64,000 nt of DNA. Origin: a virus. The stretch covers positions 49,816 to 113,815 of the IMG/VR virus record IMGVR_UViG_3300022562_001652, one strand, 5' to 3'. A program made the translations under genes and the position numbers. Below, in pieces: positions 46,466 through 56,727 of this stretch. The stretch's first letter is position 1, and each line of letters opens with the position of its first letter. Under the pieces are notes generated by a model that was not told the origin of the DNA, made no database searches, and saw only the letters and a list, made by a program, of their open reading frames with translations.

Positions 46466-46684
46466 GTGACCTTTCCTTACACGACCCCGGTGCTGCTCAC
46501 GATCAAGACAAACGACGAGCAACGCAAGGTGTCTGGTCTGCTGTTGATGTGTGCTTGTGGAGGGAACGCGTTTCACGTCTTCCAGATGACAGGACACACG
46601 GATGGGCACCAACACCTGTCGTGCACGTTGTGCCGCAAGGTGTACTGCCAGGAAGACGCCTGCAGCATCCCAGAGGTTCAGTAG
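46466..46684 (+). CDS. Small zinc-ribbon protein
   Basis: CACG...CTLC pattern. Confidence 0.5.
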   Translation: MTFPYTTPVLLTIKTNDEQRKVSGLLLMCACGGNAFHVFQMTGHTDGHQHLSCTLCRKVYCQEDACSIPEVQ

Positions 46685-46972
46685 GAAAGGTGACTCGGAC
46701 AATAAGTTGCGCTCGGAGCCATTCCCATAGGTAACCGAGCGCTAGCGGCCCAAGTCGCGGACACCGTAGTAGCAAGAGGGAGGATCGTCAAGTGAAGAAG
46801 AAGAAGAGTGTCTCCCGCAGGGAGAAGAGAGGGACTGTCGTCAGTATTCGTCTGCTTCCGACAGAGTTACAGACGGACAAGTAGTTGTTCGCTGTCTGAG
46901 GAGGGTGGACGCCGATCTAGTCTTGCGTTTGGTAAACAACAGCGCCCACGAACCCAAAAGGTGAGGAGAACG

Positions 46973-47968
46973 ATGGTGTCCGTTGACGCTCCGACATGCG
47001 CTGAATGTGGCTCGATCATGGTTCGCATGGTGCAGGCGATCGGGCTCTCAGATGATACCGAGTTCGTTTACTGTTGCTCGAACTGCGAGCACACCATCAG
47101 TGACAACAGACTAGCAGTCGCGACAGAGAGTGTAAGTCTCAACTCGCGGGTTCTGAAAGAGATGCTCCCCGAGTTGTTGCCTCTGTACGACGGCAAGTGG
47201 GTCATCTTTCGTGATCGCGTCGTGCACGCTCATTTCGACGATGAAGAAGAAGCGTATCGTTGGGGAGTGAAGAACTTGGGTCTGTACGGAGGATGGGTGC
47301 TGGCCTATATCGACGTCGATTACGGTAAGCCGATCCCGATCGCAGACCTGGGCAGCGCGGGAGCCGTCATCATGGAAACGGAGGCAAAGAAGCTACGTGA
47401 TGAACGCGATGCTTTGAAAGAGGGGGCCGAGCGGCTGCAGCGAGAACTAAGCGCAGCTCGTCATGGGGTGTCTGTCTACTTGCAGCAGCTTGGTGATACG
47501 GCCGACGAGTTGAACAGGCTTCGTGATCGTGCTCAGACCGCTCTCGCCGAACGTGATCGTGCTCGAACCGCTCTCGCCGAAGCACAGGCCGAAGTTACAC
47601 GCCTGTGGACTGAGTTGTCCGCTCGTGACAGTACCCGAGAGAGGATGGCCAGCATTCTCGATCGCACGGCCGAGGCGCTGAAAGGTCCCCCAGCCGACAA
47701 CGTTATGCATTCCTGGCACGACCTGCCTGACCTCGCGGCACGAGTCCGGACCGCGATCGCGCTCGAAGACGCACACCTGGCAAAGTTGAAAACCCGAGAA
47801 GAACGAAAGAAAGCGGCGATAGAGTATCACTGTGGCTCTGGTGACAAGCAGTCGTTCAACAAAGCCCGTGTTCGCGATCTCGAGGCAGAGAAAACACTCA
47901 ACGATGCCTTGGTTGCAAGCCGCAAAGCCCAGGTCGAGAGGGAAAAGAGGGAAGATCGAGATGAATGA
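46973..47968 (+). CDS. Multi-domain hypothetical protein (Zn ribbon + small alpha/beta domain + coiled coil)
   Basis: GAGGAG RBS before ATG 46973; CAEC...CSNC; 30-bp tandem repeat at 47522-47581. Confidence 0.55.
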   Translation: MVSVDAPTCAECGSIMVRMVQAIGLSDDTEFVYCCSNCEHTISDNRLAVATESVSLNSRVLKEMLPELLPLYDGKWVIFRDRVVHAHFDDEEEAYRWGVKNLGLYGGWVLAYIDVDYGKPIPIADLGSAGAVIMETEAKKLRDERDALKEGAERLQRELSAARHGVSVYLQQLGDTADELNRLRDRAQTALAERDRARTALAEAQAEVTRLWTELSARDSTRERMASILDRTAEALKGPPADNVMHSWHDLPDLAARVRTAIALEDAHLAKLKTREERKKAAIEYHCGSGDKQSFNKARVRDLEAEKTLNDALVASRKAQVEREKREDRDE

Positions 47969-48088
47969 GATCACGTTGTTCACCAACATCAGCTTCGTGT
48001 GCATCAGGAACCTGCGTCTAGACGCGCACGCTCTCGCCAGTGGGACATCGATGACAGATGATCGGGATGGCGCGATAGGGAGAACAGC

Positions 48089-50551
48089 ATGACGAAGGAA
48101 GACAAAGGGTACGTAGAGGTCATGAGACCCTCAGGACCTGTGTACCTGAGCACCACGCCTCATGTGGAACCCACGAAGCAAGATCTGTGGATCAAGATGT
48201 GGGCAGACATCGGCATGTACGCCTCTTGGCGCATCGACAGCCAGAAGCGAGATCAAAAAGATCGTGAGCGTGAGTTAGCAGAGGCGCATGCCACGATCGA
48301 CAAGCACCGAGGCGACAGTGACGAAGAATAGAAACCACTGGTGGGCAGAGCAGGGAGCGGGAGTCGGTGTGGCCTGGTTCTGTACAGGATACTGGTGCTC
48401 TAGGAAACCTCACCGCTTGCACATTCCCGAAAAAAGAAGGACGCATTCGCAAGGAGAGTTCGACCGTCTTTCTTCGCTGCTTGGGTGTCGGCGTGCTCCG
48501 TGCTGGAAGTGTGGTGGCAAAATCTCCGTGTCGATCATGTTTTGGGGAGAGAAGCCATGAAACCTTTGCACTGCGTCTATCCTGAGTGCGACGGCGTGAT
48601 GGAGCCGAGAAAACCCTGTGAAGAATGTTCCAGCGCTAGCAAGAAGACCATGTGGGAATGGCAGTGCGGGAAATGCAACACGGCGCGGTGCGCCTCGATT
48701 ATTGAGTACCCTCCGATTTTCATAAAGGAAGAGATGATGGAGATGGTAGGAAAGAAGCGAGAAAACGAACTGCTGGATGTTGTCATAGGAGGGGTACACG
48801 GGTTCTACGAGAAGACCATGAGACACCCTGTGGGTGTTCTGTTGAGTGAGAAGGACTTCGAGGAGCTATATCGTCTTGTGACGTCTTCGGGACCATTCAA
48901 GAGTGTGCCGATACAGGCCAAGCACACACCCGTCTCGATCGGGAAAGACTTCATAACGAGGGAGGAACAGTGGTTGGAAGTAACCACAAGCGTAGGGCAC
49001 GTAAGAGTAGCCCCCAGCGCGTTCGTGGTGGGGGGAGCGCTTGTGCTGGACGACTACACGTGGAATTCTGAAGCGGGGGCTTATCTGAGAGCCATGTACA
49101 GGCGATGAAGTGCGAGATGGTGGACGTGTTCCCGAGCTGGGAAGAAGAGAGCGCTGGGGAGCCGATCGAAGAAGAATGCCAAGAGGAAGCGGTGACGCGG
49201 ATCGAAGGACTCCCGTGTTGCGAATACCACGCCATCCGCTGTCGCATCGAAGAGCTCGAAGAGAGCCCTTTGTAAAGAGGAGGTAGAAGATGCGCAAGAT
49301 GTTCAGGATGAAGTACGAGAGCTGCTCTGGGCAGTGCTACGCCTATTCGGACGTGCTGCGGGTCCATACGCTGGGCTTGGACGAAGACGGCACAGTTTCT
49401 TTTCTGAAGAGGCTGCTGGCGATCCACGGTCCTGCGTGCGGGAACCAGCACCTGGCGTTCCGTCTGGATCACGACGAGGATCTTGGAATCTTCGTGGCGT
49501 CGTTCGAACGCTACGGGTCTTTGGACCTGTTCGCCGATCGTACCCCTCTGGGGGCTTTGAACAAGATGATCGATGGAGTCTTGTCATATTACCAGAGCGA
49601 GGAGTACGCGAACGACTATCGGAGGCAGCCGGGTCTGGGGCGCGGTGTCTGCAGGCACGGATCCGACGACGCGCTGGTGAACTTCGCGCTAGCCTTTTCG
49701 GGCTTGTCCGTAGAGCAGCAGAGTAGGATCCGAAACCGATTCTGGGGACCCTTAGCATGAAGAAGACCGTCGGTCTCACCACCCCCAAAGAAACGATCAC
49801 GGTGGAGGCCCTGAGGTGCCGAGATTGTGGGCGGTTGGTTATTTCGCTCGACGATCACAGGATCACCAAGCACAAATGCTCGGGAGCATGGAACGTCGAG
49901 TTCTCAGAACACGTCGAGCCAGAAGAAATCAGAAAGGCCATCAGAGGGGCCTTCAAGCAGAGGACAAAACCACCTTTGGATAGGTACTAAGATGATGAGC
50001 AACGAAAAAATCCTGCCACACGGGTTCCTTTTGTTCATGGCCCTGACGGTAATCGCGTCTGTCTTCCTTTCTGGCGTCTCCGTCAAGATCGCTTTCGATC
50101 AAGAAAATCGTTCGACGCCCAAGCTCTATGATCTAGAAGTTCGCGTCACGCGAATCGAGGAGGCATGCATGCGAAGCAGCTTCGTTCCTAAGGAGAAGCA
50201 ATGACTCCTGAAGAAGCGGTAGAGGCTCACAACAAGTACAGCGACGAGCTGCAGGAAGTCACGGCTCAACGCGACGAGCTTCGTGCCGAAGTCGAGCGTC
50301 TAAGAGGTATCTGCGACCACCAGCGTTACACCCTGTACTTCCTCGAAGGAACAGAGGACGGCGAAGAGCTCCATGCTTGTGACGCTCGCTATGAAGAGGT
50401 GGAAACTCTCAAGAAAGAGAACGAGCGTCTACGCAGAATGGAGCAGGTCGTTCTCGAATGGTGGTCGGCGGACCTGTCATTACCTCGCGTGCGACATGCT
50501 CTCCGAGAAAGAATGGCGGCGTGCGTGGAAGAGGCTAAGAGGACGCCATGA
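48089..50551 (+). other. Cluster of small coupled early-type hypothetical genes
   Basis: ORFs 48089-48331, ~48557-49108, 49290-49760, 49757-49990, ~49992-50204 and 50201-50551 with SD sites and ATGA overlaps. Confidence 0.5.
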
Positions 50552-52479
50552 GCACCGACCATCCGGACCACCTGGAGAGACTGCTGGCCGCGTGGCCTGA
50601 GCGTGACCTCACGGTCTATCCTCTCAGTGAGGACGACTGGATCGTGTACCATGGCAGAGCCACTGAAGGAGGCATGCGCAAGGATTTGTCTCGCATGAAC
50701 GAGGCACAGGCCCGTCTCATCGCCGCCGCCATCAACGCCCTGCCCGAACTGATCGCGCGGGTGCGGGTCGCGGAGATGACACTGGCCGAACTCAGGGAGT
50801 GGACGCACCAGCACGGGCGCGCGCTGTGTCCACCGGGCGCGGACGCGTACGGCGAGGGCATGCGCGACGCAAAGGCGCAGGTCGACAGGCTGCTGGCCGC
50901 GCGCGGAGACACGCCATGACCAGCGAGGAGCGCGAGCGGCTGCGGGCGCGGGCCACTGAGGCGGTGGCGCTGGATTCGGGGGGTCGTGTCGGCGTTCTGC
51001 CAGGCGACCTCGTCGATCTCCTGGACGCCGACGAGGCGCGCGAGCGGGCAGAGGCTGAGTTGGTTGCTCTCCGAGCCGACCTCCGCGCTGAGGACAAGGA
51101 GAGCGAGCACCTGGGCGCCGGTCCCTACCGCAGGATGGCCGGCCGGTACCTCGACGAGATCGACCGTCTCCGCGCCGAGTTGGCCCGCGCCCACGAGCTC
51201 GAGGAGGCGACGCTGGCATACGAGGACGCCAGGGGCGACACAGAGGGGCACGGCGGGTCGCCCATGGAGGCGCTCGAGGAGTGGCTGTCCCGGGCGGTCG
51301 CCGCCAGCCGCGCGGCCCGGGCCAAACGAGGAGGCACCGATGAGTGAGCGTATCGTGTCGCCGTGGACGTATCACACGGTCCCCAGTCGGCAGGGGAGGC
51401 GCCGATTCAATTCACGCCAGCGACGGTATCTGGACAGGGTGAGAGAGGCGCTTGCTGACAGTTCAGCGCACGAACTGACGCCGCAGGAATACATGTGCTG
51501 CCTGGATGAGATTCGGGCAATGGTGGAGGCGATGGATGCGGCCGGCGAGTGAGTGGACGCAGCGCGCCTACGATCGGTGCGGTGTCGAAGGACCACAGAT
51601 AGGCGTGAAACGCGTTCTGGAGGAGGAATTCGCTGCCGCCCAGGCCGACGCGTTGGAGCACGCGGCGGCGCTGGTGTTCGACGCGGTCGCCGATTGGCTG
51701 CGCGTGGCACCCGACGACGCGGCGCTCGACGGTTGTGGACGCGTGCTCCTGGCCGAGCTCCGCGCCGAGGCCGCCAAGCTGCGAGGGGGAGGCGAGGGGT
51801 GAGCAAGCGCTACTTGGTCGAACAGCAGGCGTGGCCCGATCGAATCTGCGATGGTTCGGGGTCGCATTGGTACCCGAGAGCCGGGGCAGGACCGGCCGCC
51901 GTCCCCGAGGAGGAGGAGTAGACATGGCCTTCAATTGCACAACCTGTGGCAGAGGTGAGGACCGCTGCCGGTCATGCCAGCGCGACGGCCGCCGGGTGCG
52001 GCACAGTGAGCGGGTCCTGGCTCGCGTCCGAGTCCCGGGCGGGGTCAGATGGGAATGGGAGTGCGAGTGCGGTTCGCAATGAGCGTGCTTATCGACGACG
52101 AGCACGCGATCGCGGACGCGGACAAGGAGGCAACCCATGGGACTGTTCGACCGACAGCCGTTCCCGAGGAGGGGTAGGACATGGGATACCCGATGAGCTA
52201 CGCTCGAGACTAGCGCAGACGAAGGCCACGTTTTTTTCGACCGTCCGCCCTCCCTCCCTCGACAACGCTGCGCTGGATGCGCAGAACATGTCTGAGAAGG
52301 AGAAGGCAGTACCCGACCTTTCTAGCCTCCGAGTACGCCAGACTTCCCTAGTCCCCCTAGAGCGGGATAAAGACGACGGCACCACGGAGCGGGTTCTGTA
52401 CTGGCTGATAGGGGACGAGGTCTACGTGCACCCGCACCGTTGGCCAGAGTTCCTCCTCCTGGTGAACGGCGCCCCGTAG
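50548..52479 (+). other. Cluster of small hypothetical genes, mostly high-GC
   Basis: Coupled ORFs such as 50548-50919, 50916-51347, 51340-51552 and 51549-51802; ~70% GC in the sampled line. Confidence 0.5.
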
Positions 52480-52853
52480 CTCCACATATAAAGGAGGAGC
52501 TCCACAAGCGGAGGATAGTTCAAAAAAACCCTCCCAAAAAAAAACAAAAAAACGAGCGGGATGCCTAGCACCGCGATACCCCCTTCCCCGGCCTTTTTTT
52601 CCGTGGTTCACCTTACCGATCCCACGCCTTCCCTAGACCCCACTCCACAGACCACGTCAACCCCTACTCACACGGCGTACGGGGCTTGCCCATGCTTGGC
52701 GTGCGCTCCTGGTTCGCCGCGATCACAGCAGGCGCAGCAAGGGGTCCAACGGGCCTGCTGACGGCCGATCTCGATCACCGGGCCATAGGCGGACACGGCA
52801 GGTGAGCACGGCCTCACAAGCCCTGTGAGGGGCCTTCTACGCGGTGTGTGGAT

Positions 52854-52976
52854 GGACCAGGAGGGTTACCCCTAGGCCACGTCTATCCCCTCTCACAAGC
52901 TCTGTGAGAGGACCAGGAGGGTTACCCCTAGGCCACGTCTATCCCCTCTCACAAGCTCTGTGAGAGGGGATAGACG
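52854..52976. repeat. 56-bp tandem repeat (x2) ending in an 18-bp perfect inverted repeat
   Basis: Units 52854-52909 and 52910-52965; IR arms 52936-52953 and 52959-52976 (CGTCTATCCCCTCTCACA). Confidence 0.9.
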
Positions 52977-53591
52977 GGACACAGGAGTACGATCCCACAG
53001 GGCTTGCGCTCCTGGCGACCGGGCATCGCCGGTGTGGTGAAAACCAGCATGTCGGATTTTACCGTAGTGAAAACCCACAGCAGTGTAGGAAAACCCCACG
53101 ATCCAGGCCCCGGATCGGCGGGATCCGGGGTAGCGGGATGCTACCCGCCCCTAGTGTTTCTGGCCACTTAGGCGTTTTTCCCCTTCCCCAGGGTACTCTG
53201 GCCGGGTTGCTGCATCGTGATCCGGCGAGGCGAAATACGCCTGCTTGCGCCGCTTGCGAGGCTGACGTGGTCAGCCGGAAAGCACCGTCCGAATGGACGA
53301 AACACCACTCCCCTACCCTGGGGACGGCGGGAAATGGTTCCCGTGTGTCCTCTGGTATCGGGGAGTGGTTTGGAGGTTTCCTATGTTCGCTGGATCCCTT
53401 GACGGACGGCTCTTTATTGGGACCTTGGACGACATCATCGACGCGCTCTTTGCGTCGACGATGCCGTCGCCAAGGTTCCGGTCCTTTTCATTCGATATCG
53501 CTTTGGCCACTGACCCTGACGGTGTAGTGACCGTCAGGGCTATCTGTGCCCGTACGGGCACAACCCTTCTAACCCTGTGAGAGGAGAAACC

Positions 53592-53993
53592 ATGAGCGAA
53601 GAAAACAAGATCGAAGGTCAGACTGTCGTGGAGAAGGCTCCGCGCAATCGACGCGAAAGGCGGGAAATGGAGCAGAGCAAGGGGAGTGGTGGTCGTGGTC
53701 AGGATCAGGCCGTGGCCAAGGTCGATGACGTCGACGTCCTGGCCAGCGCGACGGCGGCGATCACTGCACACGCCAACATCGACGCGGAAATCTTCGCGTC
53801 GTTTTCCCCGCTGTACGCCACCCTGGCCAAGGTGGATGTCGCGCTGGCCAGCGCGACGGAAGAAACCCGGCCAACCCTGGAGTTGACGCGAGCCCGCGTG
53901 ATGGATCAGCTCCAGGCTCGTAAGGACGGCGCCGCCCGTGCCTTCCGTGGTCTGTACCGCGACATCATGGTCAAGCACACCGGCGGCAAGTAG
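53592..53993 (+). CDS. Hypothetical protein
   Basis: GAGGAG RBS before ATG 53592. Confidence 0.6.
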   Translation: MSEENKIEGQTVVEKAPRNRRERREMEQSKGSGGRGQDQAVAKVDDVDVLASATAAITAHANIDAEIFASFSPLYATLAKVDVALASATEETRPTLELTRARVMDQLQARKDGAARAFRGLYRDIMVKHTGGK

Positions 53994-54025
53994 GTCTCCC
54001 CGCCCGATCCCACGGGATCGGGCCA

Positions 54026-54073
54026 TCATCTCTCACACCGTGTGAATCTGTGCCCACACGGTGTGAGAGATGA
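54026..54073. repeat. 19-bp perfect inverted repeat with a 10-nt loop
   Basis: TCATCTCTCACACCGTGTG / CACACGGTGTGAGAGATGA; preceded by a 9-bp hairpin at 54002-54023. Confidence 0.85.
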
Positions 54074-54084
54074 GGGAAAACGGG

Positions 54085-54897
54085 ATGAGCAAGCTAGACA
54101 AAGCCTATCGGCTTGAGAGCACCTTGCGTGCGCTCACCGGTACGCTGGATCCGCTGGCGGATCCGCTTTATGACTGCAAGGTCCGGGCTATCCTGGACCT
54201 TGCGGGCGTTGCCCTGCCGTCAGAGTACGACGGCAACGGCGCTATCCGCGTCGTCGACGCGCCCGACGCCAAGGTCCCGTATCGTCGCAACCCGACGGTA
54301 CGGGTGACCTGGCGTGGTGTCCCGTCGGGTCTCGCGACGGTCAAGGATGCGCGTGGTGTCCCGACCGTTCAGGTTGCCTCGCAAGGTGAGGTTACCCACG
54401 GCAATCTCGACCCTCGGATCGAGATTGCCGACCTTAGCCGGCGCAAGGCGCTAGCTCGGGAAGCAATCCGCAAGGCATGGTGCAGGTTGTCTGCACATGC
54501 CAAGCGTAGGATCCGTCGAGCGCTGGCGTCGGGTCAGGTCGCGCTGGCTAGACCTGCTAGCGCGACCTTGGTTGTGCCCGATCGCTGGCCAGCGCTGGCC
54601 GTTCTCGGTCGCATCGTGGCCAGCGTGGCGGTACGCGCAGCAAGGGACGCGCGTACCGCCAGCGTGGCGTCAACCTACGCCGCGCACAACGTCGAGGCGC
54701 CTAGGCCAGCGGTTTCCCGCCAGCCTAAGACGATCTTTCGCGTCGACGGGGAATTCGTTGGCCCACTCCGGCAGGATGCCAAGGTCGGGCATCCCGCCAA
54801 GGTCGGTCGACTGGCTGACCGTGTGCCTTGTACCGAGTGTGGGACAGGAACACGGCACCCGTCGCGACTGTGCGGCGAATGCCTGAAAGGGGAGTGA
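54085..54897 (+). CDS. Basic hypothetical protein with C-terminal Zn finger
   Basis: ~270 aa; CTECG...LCGEC. Confidence 0.55.
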   Translation: MSKLDKAYRLESTLRALTGTLDPLADPLYDCKVRAILDLAGVALPSEYDGNGAIRVVDAPDAKVPYRRNPTVRVTWRGVPSGLATVKDARGVPTVQVASQGEVTHGNLDPRIEIADLSRRKALAREAIRKAWCRLSAHAKRRIRRALASGQVALARPASATLVVPDRWPALAVLGRIVASVAVRAARDARTASVASTYAAHNVEAPRPAVSRQPKTIFRVDGEFVGPLRQDAKVGHPAKVGRLADRVPCTECGTGTRHPSRLCGECLKGE

Positions 54898-54900
54898 AAC

Positions 54901-55113
54901 ATGCGAACCATCAAGATGGCACGTTACCCACTGGCCAGCGCTGTGCTGGCCTACGTGGAGACCCGCGCGGATTCTCGCGCGGCCCACTTTTGGAATCGCC
55001 TTGTCGACCACGCGCACGCGATGATCGCGTGCGACTTCGTCGAGGAGGGAGACATGGACGCGGCGTGGGGCTGCGTCGCGTCCCTTCATGGAGAGCTCGG
55101 GGTGGCAGCGTGA
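54901..55113 (+). CDS. Hypothetical protein
   Basis: 70 aa; GGGGAG RBS. Confidence 0.55.
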   Translation: MRTIKMARYPLASAVLAYVETRADSRAAHFWNRLVDHAHAMIACDFVEEGDMDAAWGCVASLHGELGVAA

Positions 55114-55197
55114 CGATCCACGTCACGCTTTCGTGGCCGGTCGTGGCCGCTTTGTGCGCCGCGATCGTCCTCTGGGCCCTGATCCGGCGCAAGCGCT

Positions 55198-55268
55198 AAA
55201 AGCTGCGCCGCTACTGCGCCGGCCTAGCGGCGAGCGTAGGCTGAAAAGCTGCGCCGCTACTGCGCCGG
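55198..55268 (+). repeat. 25-bp perfect direct repeat with a 21-nt spacer
   Basis: AAAAGCTGCGCCGCTACTGCGCCGG at 55198-55222 and 55244-55268. Confidence 0.85.
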
Positions 55269-55274
55269 TGTTTC

Positions 55275-55326
55275 CCCTACGGGTGGTCCGTAGTGCGCTC
55301 GGGTTCGATTCCCGAGGTAGGGGCCA
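55275..55326 (+). ncRNA. tRNA-like element 1 (52 nt, no anticodon arm)
   Basis: CCCTAC/GTAGGG acceptor; GGG-TGG-TCC mini D arm; CTCGGG-TTCGATT-CCCGAG T arm; G+CCA. Confidence 0.7.
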
Positions 55327-55387
55327 AAAAGCGCGTGTCAGATCGGCACGCGCTAGTGCGTCTAAAAGACGCAAAAGGAGACATACC

Positions 55388-55954
55388 ATGACCAAGCACG
55401 TCATCGTTTCGCGTCATCCCGCCGCCGTGTCTTTCATCCGGGCCGAGTGCCCGGAATTCGCGGACGCGGAAGTGCTCGCGTCCGCCACGGCGGAACAGGT
55501 CCGCGACGCGATCATCGCAGGCAACCTGCCACTTCACCTCGCGGTGGAAGCCCGCGAGGTCTGGGCCGTGGAGTTCGCCGGCTCCGCGCCGCGTGGGGCC
55601 GAGTATGGCCTCGATGAAATGCGCGCGGCGGGGGCGCGCATCGCGAAGTACGCGGTAGCGCACCGGTCGTGCGCCGGTTCGGGATACGAGCACCACGATC
55701 CGTGCTCGTTCCTGGCTTCGGAGCACGTGGTCGACACGCAAACCGAGGAGCGTGTCCCGGTTTGCGTTTGGCATCAGGCCCGGTGTCTTTCCGCAAAGCG
55801 GTACCGGAAGGTTGCGGGTCCCGACGATCCCCAGCCGGATGGGGCTGTATGGGCCCCGTACGGCTGGAACGATGGATGGTATCGGTGGGATTGGATGTAC
55901 CACCTTCCCACCGGGCCGGATGATCGACCGCAACCCACATCCCCACGGCCGTAG
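55388..55954 (+). CDS. Csx16-like (Cas_VVA1548-type) domain protein with a C-terminal extension; putative ring nuclease
   Basis: AAGGAG RBS; 'VSRHPAAV.F', 'GNLPLHLA', 'RGAEYG.DEM.AAGARI..Y.V' match the Csx16 pattern. Confidence 0.65.
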   Translation: MTKHVIVSRHPAAVSFIRAECPEFADAEVLASATAEQVRDAIIAGNLPLHLAVEAREVWAVEFAGSAPRGAEYGLDEMRAAGARIAKYAVAHRSCAGSGYEHHDPCSFLASEHVVDTQTEERVPVCVWHQARCLSAKRYRKVAGPDDPQPDGAVWAPYGWNDGWYRWDWMYHLPTGPDDRPQPTSPRP

Positions 55955-55969
55955 GACCTGTGGGCCATC

Positions 55970-56030
55970 CCCTACGGATGGATCCGCCCGTTTCTGCGGG
56001 TGTCGGGTTCGATTCCCGATGTAGGGGCCA
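55970..56030 (+). ncRNA. tRNA-like element 2 (61 nt)
   Basis: CCCTAC/GTAGGG; GGA-TGGA-TCC; hairpin GCCCG-TTTCTG-CGGGT; GTCGGG-TTCGATT-CCCGAT; G+CCA. Confidence 0.7.
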
Positions 56031-56044
56031 ACAGGAGGAGACGA

Positions 56045-56506
56045 ATGGAGATGATCATCCTCCGGGGCCTGCCCGGCTCCGGGAAAAGCCACTACGCCGC
56101 GCAGTTTGCGGCGAACGAACCAACGAAGAAAGTCGTCGTCGCGTCAGCCGACGACTTCTTCATGACCCCGAACGGGTACCGGTTCGACCCGTTCAAGCTG
56201 ACGGCGGCGCACGCAAGCTGCTTCCGCCGCGTGCTCAACGCATTGGAAGCGGACGTCGACGACATGGTGTTCGTCGACAACACGAACTCCACGGCGTGGG
56301 AGATGTCGCCATACGTGATGTTGGCGAACGTGTTCGATGTGCCCTTCGTCGTCTTCAGGATCGAGTGTGATCCTGAAGTTGCGTACGCACGGCAACGCCA
56401 CGGCGTTCCGCGCGAGACGTTCGATGCGATCGGCCGCCGACTCGCCACGGAGTGGATCCCTCCGTGGTGGGTACAACGAAGTGCGCCGGTAATGCGCCGG
56501 AGGTAG
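56045..56506 (+). CDS. AAA_33 P-loop kinase (polynucleotide-kinase/N4BP2-like)
   Basis: 'ILRGLPGSGKS', 'SADDFF', 'VDNTN...WEM.PY', 'R..HGVP' motifs; AGGAGG RBS. Confidence 0.85.
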   Translation: MEMIILRGLPGSGKSHYAAQFAANEPTKKVVVASADDFFMTPNGYRFDPFKLTAAHASCFRRVLNALEADVDDMVFVDNTNSTAWEMSPYVMLANVFDVPFVVFRIECDPEVAYARQRHGVPRETFDAIGRRLATEWIPPWWVQRSAPVMRRR

Positions 56507-56508
56507 CC

Positions 56509-56727
56509 ATGGAAGACAAGATTCGGGAGATCCGTGAGCGGGTGCGCCTGCGGCGCAAGGATGCTGAGATCGCCAGTTTCAAGGCTGGCGATCCGGTGTC
56601 CTACCGCCGCCGGGGCATGCTCCATTTCGGAGCGATCCTCTCGATCGAGGATGGGATCGCCAAGGTGTCCGCTTCCGGTGGTGGGTACAACGAGGTACCC
56701 ACCACCATGCTCAGACCCTCCAGGTAG
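56509..56727 (+). CDS. Small SH3/KOW-like protein
   Basis: 'FKAGDPVSY......G.I..I' pattern; GGAGG RBS. Confidence 0.5.
   Translation: MEDKIREIRERVRLRRKDAEIASFKAGDPVSYRRRGMLHFGAILSIEDGIAKVSASGGGYNEVPTTMLRPSR

Noticed and set aside
47522-47581. 30-bp tandem repeat
   Set aside because: In-frame coiled-coil duplication (RDRA.TALAE x2)
52854-52965. Possible CRISPR array
   Set aside because: Head-to-tail identical units without unique spacers
55198-55268. Mini-CRISPR array next to a Csx16-like gene
   Set aside because: Only two repeats, a 21-nt spacer that is self-complementary to the repeat, and no typical repeat terminus
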